64,000 bases of DNA from an uncultured Dialister sp. (lineage in GTDB: Bacteria; Bacillota; Negativicutes; Veillonellales; Dialisteraceae), in contig NZ_UPZP01000001.1 in assembly GCF_900538805.1 (NCBI RefSeq), positions 555-64,554 of the forward strand, in the 5' to 3' direction. The notes below the pieces were generated by a model, which ran no database searches, was not told the DNA's origin, and saw only the letters and a list, made by a program, of their open reading frames with translations. Every line of letters begins with the position of its first letter. Within the stretch, counting starts at the first letter, position 1. Made by a program: the position numbers and the translations under genes. This document shows positions 8,376 through 18,407 of the stretch, piece by piece.

Positions 8376-10289
8376 TCACAATCCGCAGGCGGACCAGCCG
8401 CATTCTTCGCAGGTGCTGCAATGGCCTTCTACGTGGACGTGGTGGGAGTGGCATTTGGGACATTCCAGGGTGTTATCTACAGGTTTCATTGTTATTATAT
8501 TGGCTTTTTCCTTACTGTCCTCTTTTTTGCTTTCCACTTTTTCCATTTCTTTTTTATCTTCCTTGCCTACGCCCAGGATGTTGCCTCTGCGGCAGCCGTC
8601 GCGGAATACGGTGATTCCTTTGCAGCCGCTTTCCCAGGCGGAGAGGTAGATCCGGTAGATATCTTCAGGGGTGGCACTGTTTTTCAGGTTTACAGTGCTG
8701 GAGATGGAGTTGTCCACGTATTTCTGCATGGCTGCCTGCATGCGGACGCGGTTCATGAAGGGGACGTCGTGGCTTTCGATGACCCAGGGGAAGCGGGCTA
8801 CGATTTCTTCGTCGGAAATGGTGAGGGGCAGGTGGTGGTATTCCAGAAGGTCTTTGATGCTGTGGGCGTAGACCCGGAAATGACCGTGCACTTCTTCCAT
8901 TTTGTGGGTGGTGCGTTCATAGGAAATCTTGTAGAGCGGTTCGCAGCCGCCGGAGAAGCTGCCCATGAGGAGGGAGATGGTGCCGGTGGGAGCGATGGCA
9001 AGAAGGGTGCCGTTCCGAAGGCCGTGCTGATGGATATCTTCATAGAGCTCTGGATCCAGTTCTTTCACCATGTCCATGATGGGAGATTTCTTCGTGGCTT
9101 CCCAGCGGTAGTGACCGAAGGTGCCTTTTTCCTTTGCCCTGTCGCAGGAGGAGTGGAGGGCGGTGAGGAGCATGGTTTTCATGACGCGGCCCATGAAGTC
9201 ATTGGCTTCTTTGGTGCCGTATGTAAGTTTCATGGCGATGAGGGCGTCTGCCACGCCGAAGAGGCCGAGGCCCAGGGAACGCCAGTCGTCGATGCAGGTT
9301 CTATTGGCGTCCAGAGGCTGGGCTTCATAGCCGTAATCCACGATTTCATCCAGGGCGGTAATGCCGTCGTACACGGTCTTTTTGAACCGTTCTTCGTTAA
9401 ATACGGGGCGGGCGCTGAACTTGTCGTCAATCATGGTATACAGGTTCACGCTGCCCAGATTGCAGGCGTTGTATGCATTGCCGCCGAATTCGCCGCAGGG
9501 ATTGGTGATTTCGATGTTGTATTCGTCGTAGCCTGCCAGGAGGTGGCTCTTGTTCATCCGGTCAATGAAAATGGCGCCGGGGTCGCCCCAGTCCCACTGG
9601 GTTTCGCAGAATTCTTTGAAAAATTCGCGGGCTTTGATGGTTCTTTCGATTTTTTCGCCGGTGGCTTCCACGGTGAAGCTCAGGGTATATTCCTTGTCGT
9701 CCCGCACGGCTTCCATGAATTCATCGGTGAAAAGGATGCTGATGTTCATGGAGGACAGCTTTTCTTCGTTCTGTTTGATATGAAGGAATTCGTAAATGTC
9801 GGGATGGCTGCAGTTCAGGCCTACCATCATGGCCCCCCGCCGTCCGTTCTGGCTGATGACTTCGCCGGTGACGTTGAAAATCTTCAGGAAGGAAACGGCG
9901 CCGGTGGAGCTGCGGGCCACGTTCCTCACTTCGCTTCCCTTGGGGCGGAGGTTGGAAATATTGATGCCGATGCCGCCGCCGTAGGAGAAGATACGGGCGA
10001 TTTCATAGTTGGCCCGGAATATGGATTCCAGGTTATCTTCAGGGGAAGGCAGGATATAGCAGTTGGACATGGATACCTTGAATTTCCCCTTGGCCCCTGC
10101 CGCATAAAGGGTGCGGCCTGCAGGGCAGAAGGAGGTGTCTTCCAGGTAGCCCCTCACCCGCTTTTTCAGCTCCGGATCAAAAATGGAGCTCACCCGGTCC
10201 ATGAATTCATCAGGAGTCTTTTCTCCCTTGTGATAGTATTTTTCTTTCAGGATGCCCTGACTGATTGTATTGTCGTACCAGTGGTTCAT
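8376..10289 (-). CDS. nrdJ: Adenosylcobalamin-dependent (class II) ribonucleotide reductase with a C-terminal Cys-rich zinc ribbon.
   Basis: Motifs NPCGE, the GGG...SNCYIL region and the thiyl-radical loop are present. The C-terminus reads CPKCHSHHVHVEGHCSTCEECGW. ATG at 10289 (MNHWYDNTISQ) is preceded by GAGGG. Confidence 0.88.
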   Translation of the reverse strand: MNHWYDNTISQGILKEKYYHKGEKTPDEFMDRVSSIFDPELKKRVRGYLEDTSFCPAGRTLYAAGAKGKFKVSMSNCYILPSPEDNLESIFRANYEIARIFSYGGGIGINISNLRPKGSEVRNVARSSTGAVSFLKIFNVTGEVISQNGRRGAMMVGLNCSHPDIYEFLHIKQNEEKLSSMNISILFTDEFMEAVRDDKEYTLSFTVEATGEKIERTIKAREFFKEFCETQWDWGDPGAIFIDRMNKSHLLAGYDEYNIEITNPCGEFGGNAYNACNLGSVNLYTMIDDKFSARPVFNEERFKKTVYDGITALDEIVDYGYEAQPLDANRTCIDDWRSLGLGLFGVADALIAMKLTYGTKEANDFMGRVMKTMLLTALHSSCDRAKEKGTFGHYRWEATKKSPIMDMVKELDPELYEDIHQHGLRNGTLLAIAPTGTISLLMGSFSGGCEPLYKISYERTTHKMEEVHGHFRVYAHSIKDLLEYHHLPLTISDEEIVARFPWVIESHDVPFMNRVRMQAAMQKYVDNSISSTVNLKNSATPEDIYRIYLSAWESGCKGITVFRDGCRRGNILGVGKEDKKEMEKVESKKEDSKEKANIITMKPVDNTLECPKCHSHHVHVEGHCSTCEECGWSACGL

Positions 10290-10336
10290 ATGAATCCCTC
10301 GTTTCCGTAAGTTTATAGCAGATATATGGTAACACG

Positions 10337-10350
10337 CACAATTTATTGTG
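10337..10350 (-). promoter_or_regulatory. NrdR-box-like palindrome upstream of nrdJ.
   Basis: cacaatttattgtg is a perfect CACAAT-TT-ATTGTG inverted repeat about 50 bp upstream of the nrdJ start, matching the NrdR operator architecture. Confidence 0.5.
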
Positions 10351-10439
10351 TCAAATACCATAAAGGCATACTATATGTTGTATTTCACATAAAATATAGA
10401 AACATTGCGATATTTGAAAATTCTAAAAGATTCGGAGGA

Positions 10440-11060
10440 AAAGGTTGACGGGCCTGAAGGCCCGAAGGGGCTTTGCCCTGCGGGCAAAGGGTTGTGTTCG
10501 CTTTGCTCAGGGGGCGACGGCCCTTCAGGCCGAGGGTTGTGGTATCGCCGCTTCGCGGCGATGAGTATATAGTCAGCGTTACGGGATTTACGCTTGTGTC
10601 AACAGTGCTGCATGACGTAGAGCCGGAGCCTCCTTCCTTAAGCAGAAATCAGCAACATTTCTGAGCCGGGCTAATATGTGAGCATAGCCTGCACACAAAG
10701 CGAACACCTTAAAGCCCGACCAGCAGGTGTCGCCGCAGGCGACGGAGGATAGGTCCGAATTTTCATGACTTGGCTGTTATGCCTCTCCCGTCTTCCTGCT
10801 CACCGGTATGTAGCGGCATTGGACTCACTAACGTCACGCGCCGAAGAACCCCTTCGCCACTTCGTGGCCCTCTTCGCCCCGCTGGGAAGCGTGTCACTGG
10901 ATTCTCAGTCGTCTACCGACTCCCTGCGAATCCAGTTCCCTTGCCACCTAAAAGGGGACGCGAGCACTGCGTTCAGAATGACGGGCCCCGCAGGAAGTCT
11001 CCGCAGCGTCTGACGTCTGATGTCTGACCGTCTGACTGTCTTTTCCTCCCCTGGCATTTC
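10440..11060. repeat. Composite intergenic repeat element, locus 2 (left arm of the inverted pair flanking gyrA).
   Basis: GC hairpins and the REP-like hairpin atcgccgcTTCGgcggcgat. The 200-bp module is shared with 5320-5520. Region 10760-11040 is the reverse complement of parts of 14530-14900. Confidence 0.85.
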
Positions 11061-11074
11061 GACCGCAACGCAAA

Positions 11075-11114
11075 AGAGACAGTGAAGAAATATCGTCATT
11101 TCTTCACTGTCTCT
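11075..11114 (-). terminator. Hairpin terminator downstream of gyrA (bidirectional).
   Basis: agagacagtgaagaaatatcgtcatttcttcactgtctct followed by T-rich sequence. Confidence 0.65.
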
Positions 11115-11137
11115 TTATTTCATCAAAGGATTTCTTT

Positions 11138-13606
11138 TTATTCTTCCTCTTCGTTTTCCGTATCGCCGGAAAGGACGTCGATGGAGGCGATGCGGTCGCC
11201 GTCTTCCAGTCTCTGGAGGATGACGCCCTGGCCTGCTTTGGCTTTCTTGCTGGTAATCTGGCTGGCTTTGGTTTTGATGGTGATGCCCTGTTCGGAAACC
11301 CCTACCAGTTCATCATTGTCATCGGCGGCCACCAGGGCTACCACTTCGAAGCCTTTCTTGAAGTTGCGGACGCCCATGCCGTTTCTTCCCTGGATGCGAT
11401 AGGCATCGGCTTTATTTCTCTTGGCGTTGCCGTCGGCGGAGATGGTGAAGATGTCCTTGTCCGCTGCAATGACGGCACCTACCACTTCATCTTCCACGCC
11501 GTTCACTTCGGAGAGCCGGATGCCGTGGACACCGGCAGCGGCTCTGCCCAGAGCCCTTACTTCGCTGTCGTTAATGGAGAAGCGGATGGCCATGCCGAAG
11601 CGGGTGCCCAGGATGACGTCTTCGTCACCCTTCACGCGGAGCACTGTCACCAGTTCGTCGCCCTCGTTCAGGCGGATGGCGATGAGGCCGTTTTTATTGA
11701 TGTTCCGGTATTCCGCGATTTCCGTCTTCTTCACATAGCCCTTCTTGGTGACCATGAGGAGGTACTTCGTATCTTCGCCGGCGGCGTCGATGTCCAGAAG
11801 CTCCGTCACCCTTTCTCCCTTGGAGAGGCTGGGGATGTAGTTGATCAGGGCACTGCCTCTGGCGGTGCGGCCGGATTTCGGCAGGTCGATGGCGGTCTTC
11901 ATGTATACTTTGCCGTAGTTGGTGAAGAAGAGGATGCGGTTATGGGTGGAGGTGTTCAGAATCTTCCATACATAGTCCTCGTCCTTCATCTTCATGCCGG
12001 ACACGCCGCGGCCGCCTTTCCGCTGTACGCGGATGTCGGCGGAATCCATGCGTTTGATGTAGTTCTGCTTGGTGAGGGTGATGGTCATGGGTTCGTCGGG
12101 CACCAGGTCGGTAATGGTGAAATCTTCCTGGGCGTCGGTGATTTCGGTGCGCCGGTCGTCGCCGAAGTTCTTTTTCTCGTCCTGCAGTTCGTCCTTCACC
12201 ACGTTCATGATTTTGTCCCTGCTGGAGAGGAGGTCTTCCAGGTAAGCGATGGTTTCTTTCACATCCTTGTAGTCAGCTTCCAGTTTGTCCCGTTCCAGTC
12301 CGGTGAGGCGGCGGAGACGCATGTCCAGAATGGCGGTGGACTGCTTGTCGGAGAGGTCAAACTTGCTCATTAATGCATTCTTTGCGATTTCATCGGTTCT
12401 GGATTCGCGGATGGTGCGGATGACTTCGTCGATGTGGTCCAGAGCGATGAGCAAGCCTTCCAAAATATGGGCCTTGGCTTTGGCTTTATCCAGCTCGAAG
12501 CGGCTTCTCCGGGTAATGACTTCTTCCTGGTGTTTCAGGTAATAGTAAAGAATCTGCTTCAGGTTCAGGATGCGGGGATGGCCGTCCACCAGGGCCAGCA
12601 TGATGGCGCCGAAGTTAATCTGCATCTGGGTATGCTTGAAGAGGTTGTTCAGCATGATTTCCGGACTCACGTCGGCGCGGAGCTCGATGGCAATGCGCAT
12701 GCCCGTGCGGTCCGATTCATCGCGGAGCATGGTGATGCCATCAAGCACCTTCTGTCGCTGCAGGTCTGCAATGGACGCAATGAGGCGGGCCTTGTTCACC
12801 TGATACGGGAGCTCGGTGACCACGATGCGGTGTTTGCCCTTCTGCATATCTTCGATGGCGGTTTTCGCCCGGACGGTGATGGAGCCGCGGCCGGTGCGGT
12901 AGGTATCGTCGATGCCCTTCCGGCCCATGATGATGCCGGCAGTCGGGAAATCGGGGCCCTTGATGTATTTCATGAGACCTTCGATGGAAATATCGGGATC
13001 GTCAATCATGGCGGAGAGACCGTCCACCACTTCCGACAGGTTGTGGGGCGGGATATTGGTGGCCATGCCTACGGCAATGCCGTAGGAGCCGTTCACCAGA
13101 AGGTTCGGGATACGGGAAGGCAGCACCACCGGTTCCTGCAGGGAACCGTCATAGTTGGGCATGAAGTCCACCGTATTCTTGTCGATGTCACGGAGCATTT
13201 CCAAGGTGATTTTGGACATGCGCATTTCGGTGTAACGCATGGCCGCCGGAGAGTCGCCATCCACGGAGCCGAAGTTGCCGTGGCCGTCTACCAGGGGATA
13301 GCGGGTGGAGAAATCCTGGGCCATACGGACAGCGGACTCATACACCGCCGAATCGCCGTGGGGATGAAATTTACCGAGTACATCGCCCACGATACGGGCG
13401 GATTTCTTGTAAGGCTTATTCGGAAGCATACCGGCTTCGCTCATGGCATAGAGAATGCGGCGGTGAACCGGCTTCAGACCATCCCTGACATCCGGCAGCG
13501 CACGGGTGACGATGACGGACATGGCATAGTCAATGTAGGAATTTTTCATCTGCCCTTCCAGGGGCGTATTGATGATTTTTCCTTCCTTCCATTCAATGGA
13601 ATCCAT
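11138..13606 (-). CDS. gyrA: DNA gyrase subunit A.
   Basis: [33 protein letters not shown] and the active-site Tyr region are present, as are C-terminal beta-pinwheel repeats and an acidic tail. ATG at 13606 with AAAGGAGGA 5 nt upstream. The track ORF extends 47 codons further upstream without an SD. Confidence 0.96.
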   Translation of the reverse strand: MDSIEWKEGKIINTPLEGQMKNSYIDYAMSVIVTRALPDVRDGLKPVHRRILYAMSEAGMLPNKPYKKSARIVGDVLGKFHPHGDSAVYESAVRMAQDFSTRYPLVDGHGNFGSVDGDSPAAMRYTEMRMSKITLEMLRDIDKNTVDFMPNYDGSLQEPVVLPSRIPNLLVNGSYGIAVGMATNIPPHNLSEVVDGLSAMIDDPDISIEGLMKYIKGPDFPTAGIIMGRKGIDDTYRTGRGSITVRAKTAIEDMQKGKHRIVVTELPYQVNKARLIASIADLQRQKVLDGITMLRDESDRTGMRIAIELRADVSPEIMLNNLFKHTQMQINFGAIMLALVDGHPRILNLKQILYYYLKHQEEVITRRSRFELDKAKAKAHILEGLLIALDHIDEVIRTIRESRTDEIAKNALMSKFDLSDKQSTAILDMRLRRLTGLERDKLEADYKDVKETIAYLEDLLSSRDKIMNVVKDELQDEKKNFGDDRRTEITDAQEDFTITDLVPDEPMTITLTKQNYIKRMDSADIRVQRKGGRGVSGMKMKDEDYVWKILNTSTHNRILFFTNYGKVYMKTAIDLPKSGRTARGSALINYIPSLSKGERVTELLDIDAAGEDTKYLLMVTKKGYVKKTEIAEYRNINKNGLIAIRLNEGDELVTVLRVKGDEDVILGTRFGMAIRFSINDSEVRALGRAAAGVHGIRLSEVNGVEDEVVGAVIAADKDIFTISADGNAKRNKADAYRIQGRNGMGVRNFKKGFEVVALVAADDNDELVGVSEQGITIKTKASQITSKKAKAGQGVILQRLEDGDRIASIDVLSGDTENEEEE

Positions 13607-13913
13607 AGGTCCTCCTTTGTTGAGGCATAAAAATAAGGGAAGCGCCGGATAAATCAGCGCTCCCCTAAGGACTTCAGGAATGCTGGCAGTCCTTTGGGAA
13701 CTTGCTTTGTTATGCTTATTATACCATAAAACCGCTTCCAGGGCCATTTAAATGCGTTTACAGGCCATTTCCCGTTTTTATTATACGAAGGATGAAATCC
13801 GTTTGAACTGCAGGAAGCCCCATTTCATGGAAATAAAAATTCTCTCTTTTTTTCATTCCTCTTTTTTTATATAATAAGGTATATACTCTTTTTTACCTGA
13901 AGGATGTGGAAGA

Positions 13914-14423
13914 ATGAAGAAATACCTGGCAGCCATTGTGATTGCCATCCTGCTCCTGGGGGGCGGCGGCTATTTTGCCTACGTCCATTTCATCAGCGGC
14001 GGTCCCTGGCAGGGTACCTGGTGGGGTGTGCAGGACGCCGGCGTGAACTGGTCCGGCGACCATATACGGAACCTGGAAACCGTGACCTTTACCAAAAACG
14101 ATGATAAAACCATTACCGTAGAACATAAAGTGCAACAGGGCAGCAAAGAAGTAAACGGCTCCCTGTCAGGCACCGGCACCGTAGACGGCGGCCGCCTGGT
14201 GATTACTCCCGCCAAGGGAGGCAAGGAAATCGCCCTGTCCTACAATACCATGTCCAAAACCATTGAGACCCCTCTTACCAATGCAGACAAAACAGCGGTG
14301 ACCCTTGAGGCCCTCACCCAGGACAACAACGATGAAATGGAGCAGATTCGGAGCGAAATCGTACAGATTTCCCAGAAGCCGGAAAATAAAATCGACACCA
14401 CCCTGTCCTCCTCTAAGAGCTGA
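13914..14423 (+). CDS. Hypothetical membrane-anchored protein.
   Basis: N-terminal transmembrane segment (MKKYLAAIVIAILLLGGGGYFAYV) followed by a soluble domain; GAAGGA precedes the ATG; a terminator follows. Confidence 0.6.
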   Translation: MKKYLAAIVIAILLLGGGGYFAYVHFISGGPWQGTWWGVQDAGVNWSGDHIRNLETVTFTKNDDKTITVEHKVQQGSKEVNGSLSGTGTVDGGRLVITPAKGGKEIALSYNTMSKTIETPLTNADKTAVTLEALTQDNNDEMEQIRSEIVQISQKPENKIDTTLSSSKS

Positions 14424-14434
14424 ATTGCATAATG

Positions 14435-14479
14435 AAAAGGCTATGAAGAAATATCAGGCATTTCTTCATAGCCTTTTTT
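14435..14479 (+). terminator. Rho-independent terminator.
   Basis: aaaaggctatgaagaaatatcaggcatttcttcatagcctttttt. The loop core tgaagaaatatcNNcatttcttca is shared with the 11075-11114 terminator. Confidence 0.7.
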
Positions 14480-14519
14480 GTTGATGATAGTTTCGAAATA
14501 ACATTGGAGCGGGAAATAC

Positions 14520-14930
14520 GGTCAGACGGTCAGACATCAGGCTTCAGATGCTGCGGAGCCTTCCTGCGGGGTCCGTCATTCTGAACGCAGTGCTCGCGTC
14601 CCCTTTTAGGGCCACGCAGTGGCGAAGGGGTTCTTCGGTACATGACAGTAGAGGGAAAAAGACAGTCAGACATCAGACTTCAGACGGTCAGACTTCAGGC
14701 TCCGCGGAGCCTTCCTGCCGGGTCCGTCATTCTGAACGCAGTGAAGAATCTCGGTACATGACGGTAGTGAGCCTAATGCCGTTAACTACCGGTGAGCAGG
14801 AAGGCGGAAGAGGCATCACAGCCACGCAGCGTAGAGCAGGGAGCTTTTTTCCGCTCCTCTTCGCTGCGGTCGAAATGACAATAGAGTGTCTGATGTCTGA
14901 TAGTCTGCCTGTCTGATAGAATCCTCAGCC
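14520..14930. repeat. Composite intergenic repeat element, locus 3 (right arm, inverted relative to locus 2).
   Basis: GTCAGAC-type tandems and two copies of the core gtcattctgaacgcagtg... flanked by CCTTCCTGC..GCAGGAAGG. Confidence 0.85.
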
Positions 14931-14933
14931 CTT

Positions 14934-16049
14934 TTATTTCCTGTGAAAAGTCAGAATCACCATCTCCCTTTCGCAGCTGAACCGGAAGGGGAACCAGCTG
15001 GCATCGCCCCGGGACACGTAGCCTACATTTCTGCCGTCACTGTAAAGGCCCCGGGTATAGGTGAAGGGCGTGATAATGGGCCTTCCGAAAAGGCCGAACT
15101 GGGTGCCGTGGGTGTGACCGGTCAGTGTGATGGCCGCCCCCTTCCGGAAGCCCTCATCCAGAAAAGCGGAATGGTGGGCCAGAAAGACCACCGGCGCCCC
15201 CTCCGGAATCCCGCGGAAAGCCTCGTCGGCCATGGAATCCATTTCTATTTCCATGGCCTTTCCCCGGGACCAGGGATAGTCCACCCCTGCCACATAGAGG
15301 GATGCGCTGTCCCTTTCGATGGCGCCATGCTCATTCACCAGAAGCTTCACCGGCGTCTTCAGAAGCTCCTCTTCAATGTAATCCTTTCCCCGATAGTACT
15401 CATGATTTCCCCACACATAGTAAATGCCGTCCGGGAAATCAGCGTACTTTGACGCCAGCGTATCCGCCGCCTCCGGCATATGGCGGACATCGTCGATGAG
15501 ATCCCCCGTAAAGAAGAGCACCTGCGCCCCTTCCTGCCGGGCCCGGTCAATTTCTCCGGGAAGGTCGGTATACCGGAAATAGGGACCGATGTGGGTATCC
15601 GTCATCTGGGCCGCCTTATAGCCTTCAAAGGCAGGAGGCAGATTCTCCACATATACATCCAGATGCTCCACCTGCTCACTGGTATTTCCGTCCACTGCGC
15701 CATACACCCCGATGCCCGCCGCAAAGAGAAGGGCAAAAAGGGAAAGCCGCCGCACTGCCGTCAAAAGCCTTTTCGGGATAGAGAGGAAAGAAAGAAAAAA
15801 CAGGCAGGGCAGTGCTATGATTTCCGCCACCATAAGCCCGCAGGCCAGATATCCCAGATACAGCGACCAGAGTCCCAGCCCGTCATAGCCTCGGGCATAC
15901 CAGAGGAAATAGCCTGCAGAGAGAAAGGAAATCAGCCAGCTTAGTGCTATATAGAAATAAAACCGTTTCCTCCTGAAAATCACGGACAGGAAAGCGCCGT
16001 TCAGGATTCCCAGGAAGGAGAAAATCATCAGTATCATCCGTTCAAACAT
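14934..16049 (-). CDS. Membrane-anchored metallophosphoesterase (calcineurin-like, YkuE-like).
   Basis: Several N-terminal transmembrane helices, then the GDxHG / GDLID / GNHE phosphoesterase motifs (MTDTHIG, FTGDLID, WGNHEYY, GHTHG). ATG 16049 with AAAGGAGGTG upstream. Confidence 0.8.
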   Translation of the reverse strand: MFERMILMIFSFLGILNGAFLSVIFRRKRFYFYIALSWLISFLSAGYFLWYARGYDGLGLWSLYLGYLACGLMVAEIIALPCLFFLSFLSIPKRLLTAVRRLSLFALLFAAGIGVYGAVDGNTSEQVEHLDVYVENLPPAFEGYKAAQMTDTHIGPYFRYTDLPGEIDRARQEGAQVLFFTGDLIDDVRHMPEAADTLASKYADFPDGIYYVWGNHEYYRGKDYIEEELLKTPVKLLVNEHGAIERDSASLYVAGVDYPWSRGKAMEIEMDSMADEAFRGIPEGAPVVFLAHHSAFLDEGFRKGAAITLTGHTHGTQFGLFGRPIITPFTYTRGLYSDGRNVGYVSRGDASWFPFRFSCEREMVILTFHRK

Positions 16050-16059
16050 GGAGTCACCT

Positions 16060-16345
16060 CCTTTGGGCCGCTTCGCGGCCCGGGTTCAAAAGGTTCAGTG
16101 GGAAAGGTTGACGGCGCCTTCGGCCCCGAAGGTTCTAAAGGTTCTAAGGTTTGACGCAGCCTGCGGCTGCGAGGGTTGTGGTGGCGGCTGCGCCGCAATT
16201 ACAGCCTGCGTTACATGCCCTGCCTCCCCGCCCCTGCGGTCATACTGAGCGGAGCGAAGAATCTTGGTACCGGCCGATAGTGATGCCAACTAGTCCACCA
16301 GCCCACTAGTTCACCAATCCACTAGCACACCAGCCCACCAGCTCA
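16060..16345. repeat. Composite repeat element, locus 4.
   Basis: ggccgcTTCGgcggcc hairpin, GGTTCAAAAGG tandems, core gtcatactgagcggagcgaagaatcttgg, then CCACTAG-type tandems. Confidence 0.8.
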
Positions 16346-17401
16346 CTAGTACACTATTCTCTCCACAAACGCCGCCAGTCTGGCGTGGGGGCCGGCCAGG
16401 GGAATTTCTCTGTATTCTTCCGGCGTAAACCAGCGATATTCTCCTTCCGGCACCGATGCCCCTTCCACAGGATAGGCCTTCATGTGCCATATGCGGTGGG
16501 TGAAGACATGTTTATATTTCCAGAGGAAGCCTTCCGTGTTTCCGTGAAGAAGCTGCTCCAGGCCTTTCCGGGCTTCTTCTTCCGTTTCTCCAAGGACCAT
16601 GGGGAATTCCCACATGGAGGCCAGCATGCCCTTTGACGGTCTTTTATGGAGAAGCACTTTTCCTTCCTCTATCCAGATGCCGCAGGCCGCCTGCTCTTCC
16701 TTTGGCGGTTTTTTAGGTGTGCGGAAGGGGAGCTCCTTTTCTTTTCCATTTCTAAAGGCCCGGCACTCTCCTGCCAGCGGGCAGGCGCTGCAGCGGGGAT
16801 TTTTCGGTATGCATATTTCAGCGCCCAGGTCCATCAGGGCTTCGTTGAAGTCACCGGCCCGCTGCGGCAGGGTCTCATTCACCAGAGCTTCGATTTCCTT
16901 CCTGCCCCGGCTCTTTAATATATCTTCTTCCACCTGGTAAAGGCGGGCATAGACGCGGAGCACATTGCCGTCGATGGCACCTTCCCGCTGCCCGTAGGCC
17001 ATGGAAAGGATAGCGCCGGCGGTATAGCCGCCTATGCCCGGCAGAGCCAGAATGTCCTCCTTTCGGTCAGGAAGAGAGCTGTCGTATTTTTCTTCCATTT
17101 CCCGGGCGGCCTTATGGATATTCCGGGCGCGGCTGTAGTAGCCAAGGCCCTGCCACTGATGAAGCACGTCCGCTTCCTCTGCCTCCGCCAGGTCATGGAT
17201 GGTAGGGAATTTTTCCATCCAGCTGTTGAAATAGGGTTTCACCGCTTCCGTCCGGGTCTGCTGCAGCATGATTTCAGAAATCCACACATGGTAGGGATTC
17301 CTGGGCTTGTCCTCCCGCCAGGGAAGGTCCCTTTTGTGACCGTCGAACCAGGACAAAAGGATTTCCGGCCAGTCTTTTCCCGGTATGTCTTTTTTCATCA
17401 T
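16346..17401 (-). CDS. mutY: A/G-specific adenine DNA glycosylase MutY.
   Basis: HhH-GPD motifs (LPGIGGYTAGAIL), a 4Fe-4S cluster loop (C-x6-C-x2-C-x5-C), and a NUDIX-like C-terminal domain. Confidence 0.92.
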   Translation of the reverse strand: MMKKDIPGKDWPEILLSWFDGHKRDLPWREDKPRNPYHVWISEIMLQQTRTEAVKPYFNSWMEKFPTIHDLAEAEEADVLHQWQGLGYYSRARNIHKAAREMEEKYDSSLPDRKEDILALPGIGGYTAGAILSMAYGQREGAIDGNVLRVYARLYQVEEDILKSRGRKEIEALVNETLPQRAGDFNEALMDLGAEICIPKNPRCSACPLAGECRAFRNGKEKELPFRTPKKPPKEEQAACGIWIEEGKVLLHKRPSKGMLASMWEFPMVLGETEEEARKGLEQLLHGNTEGFLWKYKHVFTHRIWHMKAYPVEGASVPEGEYRWFTPEEYREIPLAGPHARLAAFVERIVY

Positions 17402-17868
17402 GTCATCTCCCGGAAATCATAATCATACACCGTCTCGCCGTCTTCGGCAAAATAGATGGTGCCCCGGATTTTCTTTCCTGAAAGAATCATGGGAAGCCAC
17501 ACCCTGTCTGCCATCCACATGTCATCATAGGGGAAATCCTCCACCCGGAACCAGCGGGGCTCCATTTCATCGGAAAGATGGGGCGTGCCCTTCCAGCCCC
17601 GGGCAAAGTACACAATGCCGGCATGGGACCACTGGGGATCCGAGGGCTGATGGAAATAGAGATCTCCCACCATCACCAGTTTCTCCGGCTCCATCACCAG
17701 GCCGCATTCTTCCAAAAGCTCCCGGCAGGCGCACTGGCGCATGGTTTCTCCGGCTTCGATTTTACCGCCGAAGCCGTTCCATTTCCCGTATCCCATGCCC
17801 CGCCTTTTGCGGCCCAGAAGGATGCTGCCGTCCGCCCTCACCGGGTACACCAGGGATGTGTCCCTCAC
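17398..17868 (-). CDS. NUDIX hydrolase (MutT-like), GTG start immediately after the upstream stop.
   Basis: NUDIX box GKIEAGETMRQCACRELLEECG. Overlaps the mutY start by 4 nt. The first codon is GTG at 17868. Confidence 0.8.
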   Translation of the reverse strand: MRDTSLVYPVRADGSILLGRKRRGMGYGKWNGFGGKIEAGETMRQCACRELLEECGLVMEPEKLVMVGDLYFHQPSDPQWSHAGIVYFARGWKGTPHLSDEMEPRWFRVEDFPYDDMWMADRVWLPMILSGKKIRGTIYFAEDGETVYDYDFREMT

Positions 17869-18377
17869 TTTTTGATTCCTTCGTAGGTTTCAAAATAGAG
17901 TTCCCGGAACATCCGCTTTCCTGCCTCCGTCTTGTAAAGGCGGTGATAGAGGGCTTCATTCTGCTTCAGCGGCGCGCCGTCCTCATACTGGTTCACTAGC
18001 ATATCCGCCTCCGCCAGAATCTGGGCATCCGGGCCGTCGATGCTGCCGTAGGAATGATGATGGGCTACCAGCCAGCAGATACGCTCCGTATCTTCCTTAT
18101 CAAAGCCCAGGGCTTCCAGCATAGGCCGCGCTTCATCGGGACCCAGCTCCTGCTGGATCTGTCCGTCATTCCGGCCAAACCGCCTCTCCCCTTCATGAAT
18201 GCCGATGTCATGCACGTAAGCAGCTGCTTCCAGCCGGAAAAGGGTCTTCTCATCCAGCCCTTCCTCCCTGCCAATCTGGGCAGCGAAGGCATGGACCTTC
18301 AGGAAATGGTGAATCCTGCGGGGATCTCCTTTGTCATAGGTAATCATGGCTTTGCATAATGCAGTCAGTTTATCCAT
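17865..18377 (-). CDS. HD-domain phosphohydrolase.
   Basis: HD motifs (HHFLKVHAF...YVHDIG...HHHS). ATG at 18377 with AAGGAGAA upstream. The track ORF starts 16 codons earlier. Confidence 0.8.
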   Translation of the reverse strand: MDKLTALCKAMITYDKGDPRRIHHFLKVHAFAAQIGREEGLDEKTLFRLEAAAYVHDIGIHEGERRFGRNDGQIQQELGPDEARPMLEALGFDKEDTERICWLVAHHHSYGSIDGPDAQILAEADMLVNQYEDGAPLKQNEALYHRLYKTEAGKRMFRELYFETYEGIKK

Positions 18378-18407
18378 AGTATTTTCTCCTTGTGTTTTTG
18401 TAAATAG

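Noticed and set aside
8284-8649. 121-aa plus ORF next to the AT-rich islet.
   Set aside because: Overlaps the 3' end of nrdJ on the opposite strand; no SD; composition-driven.
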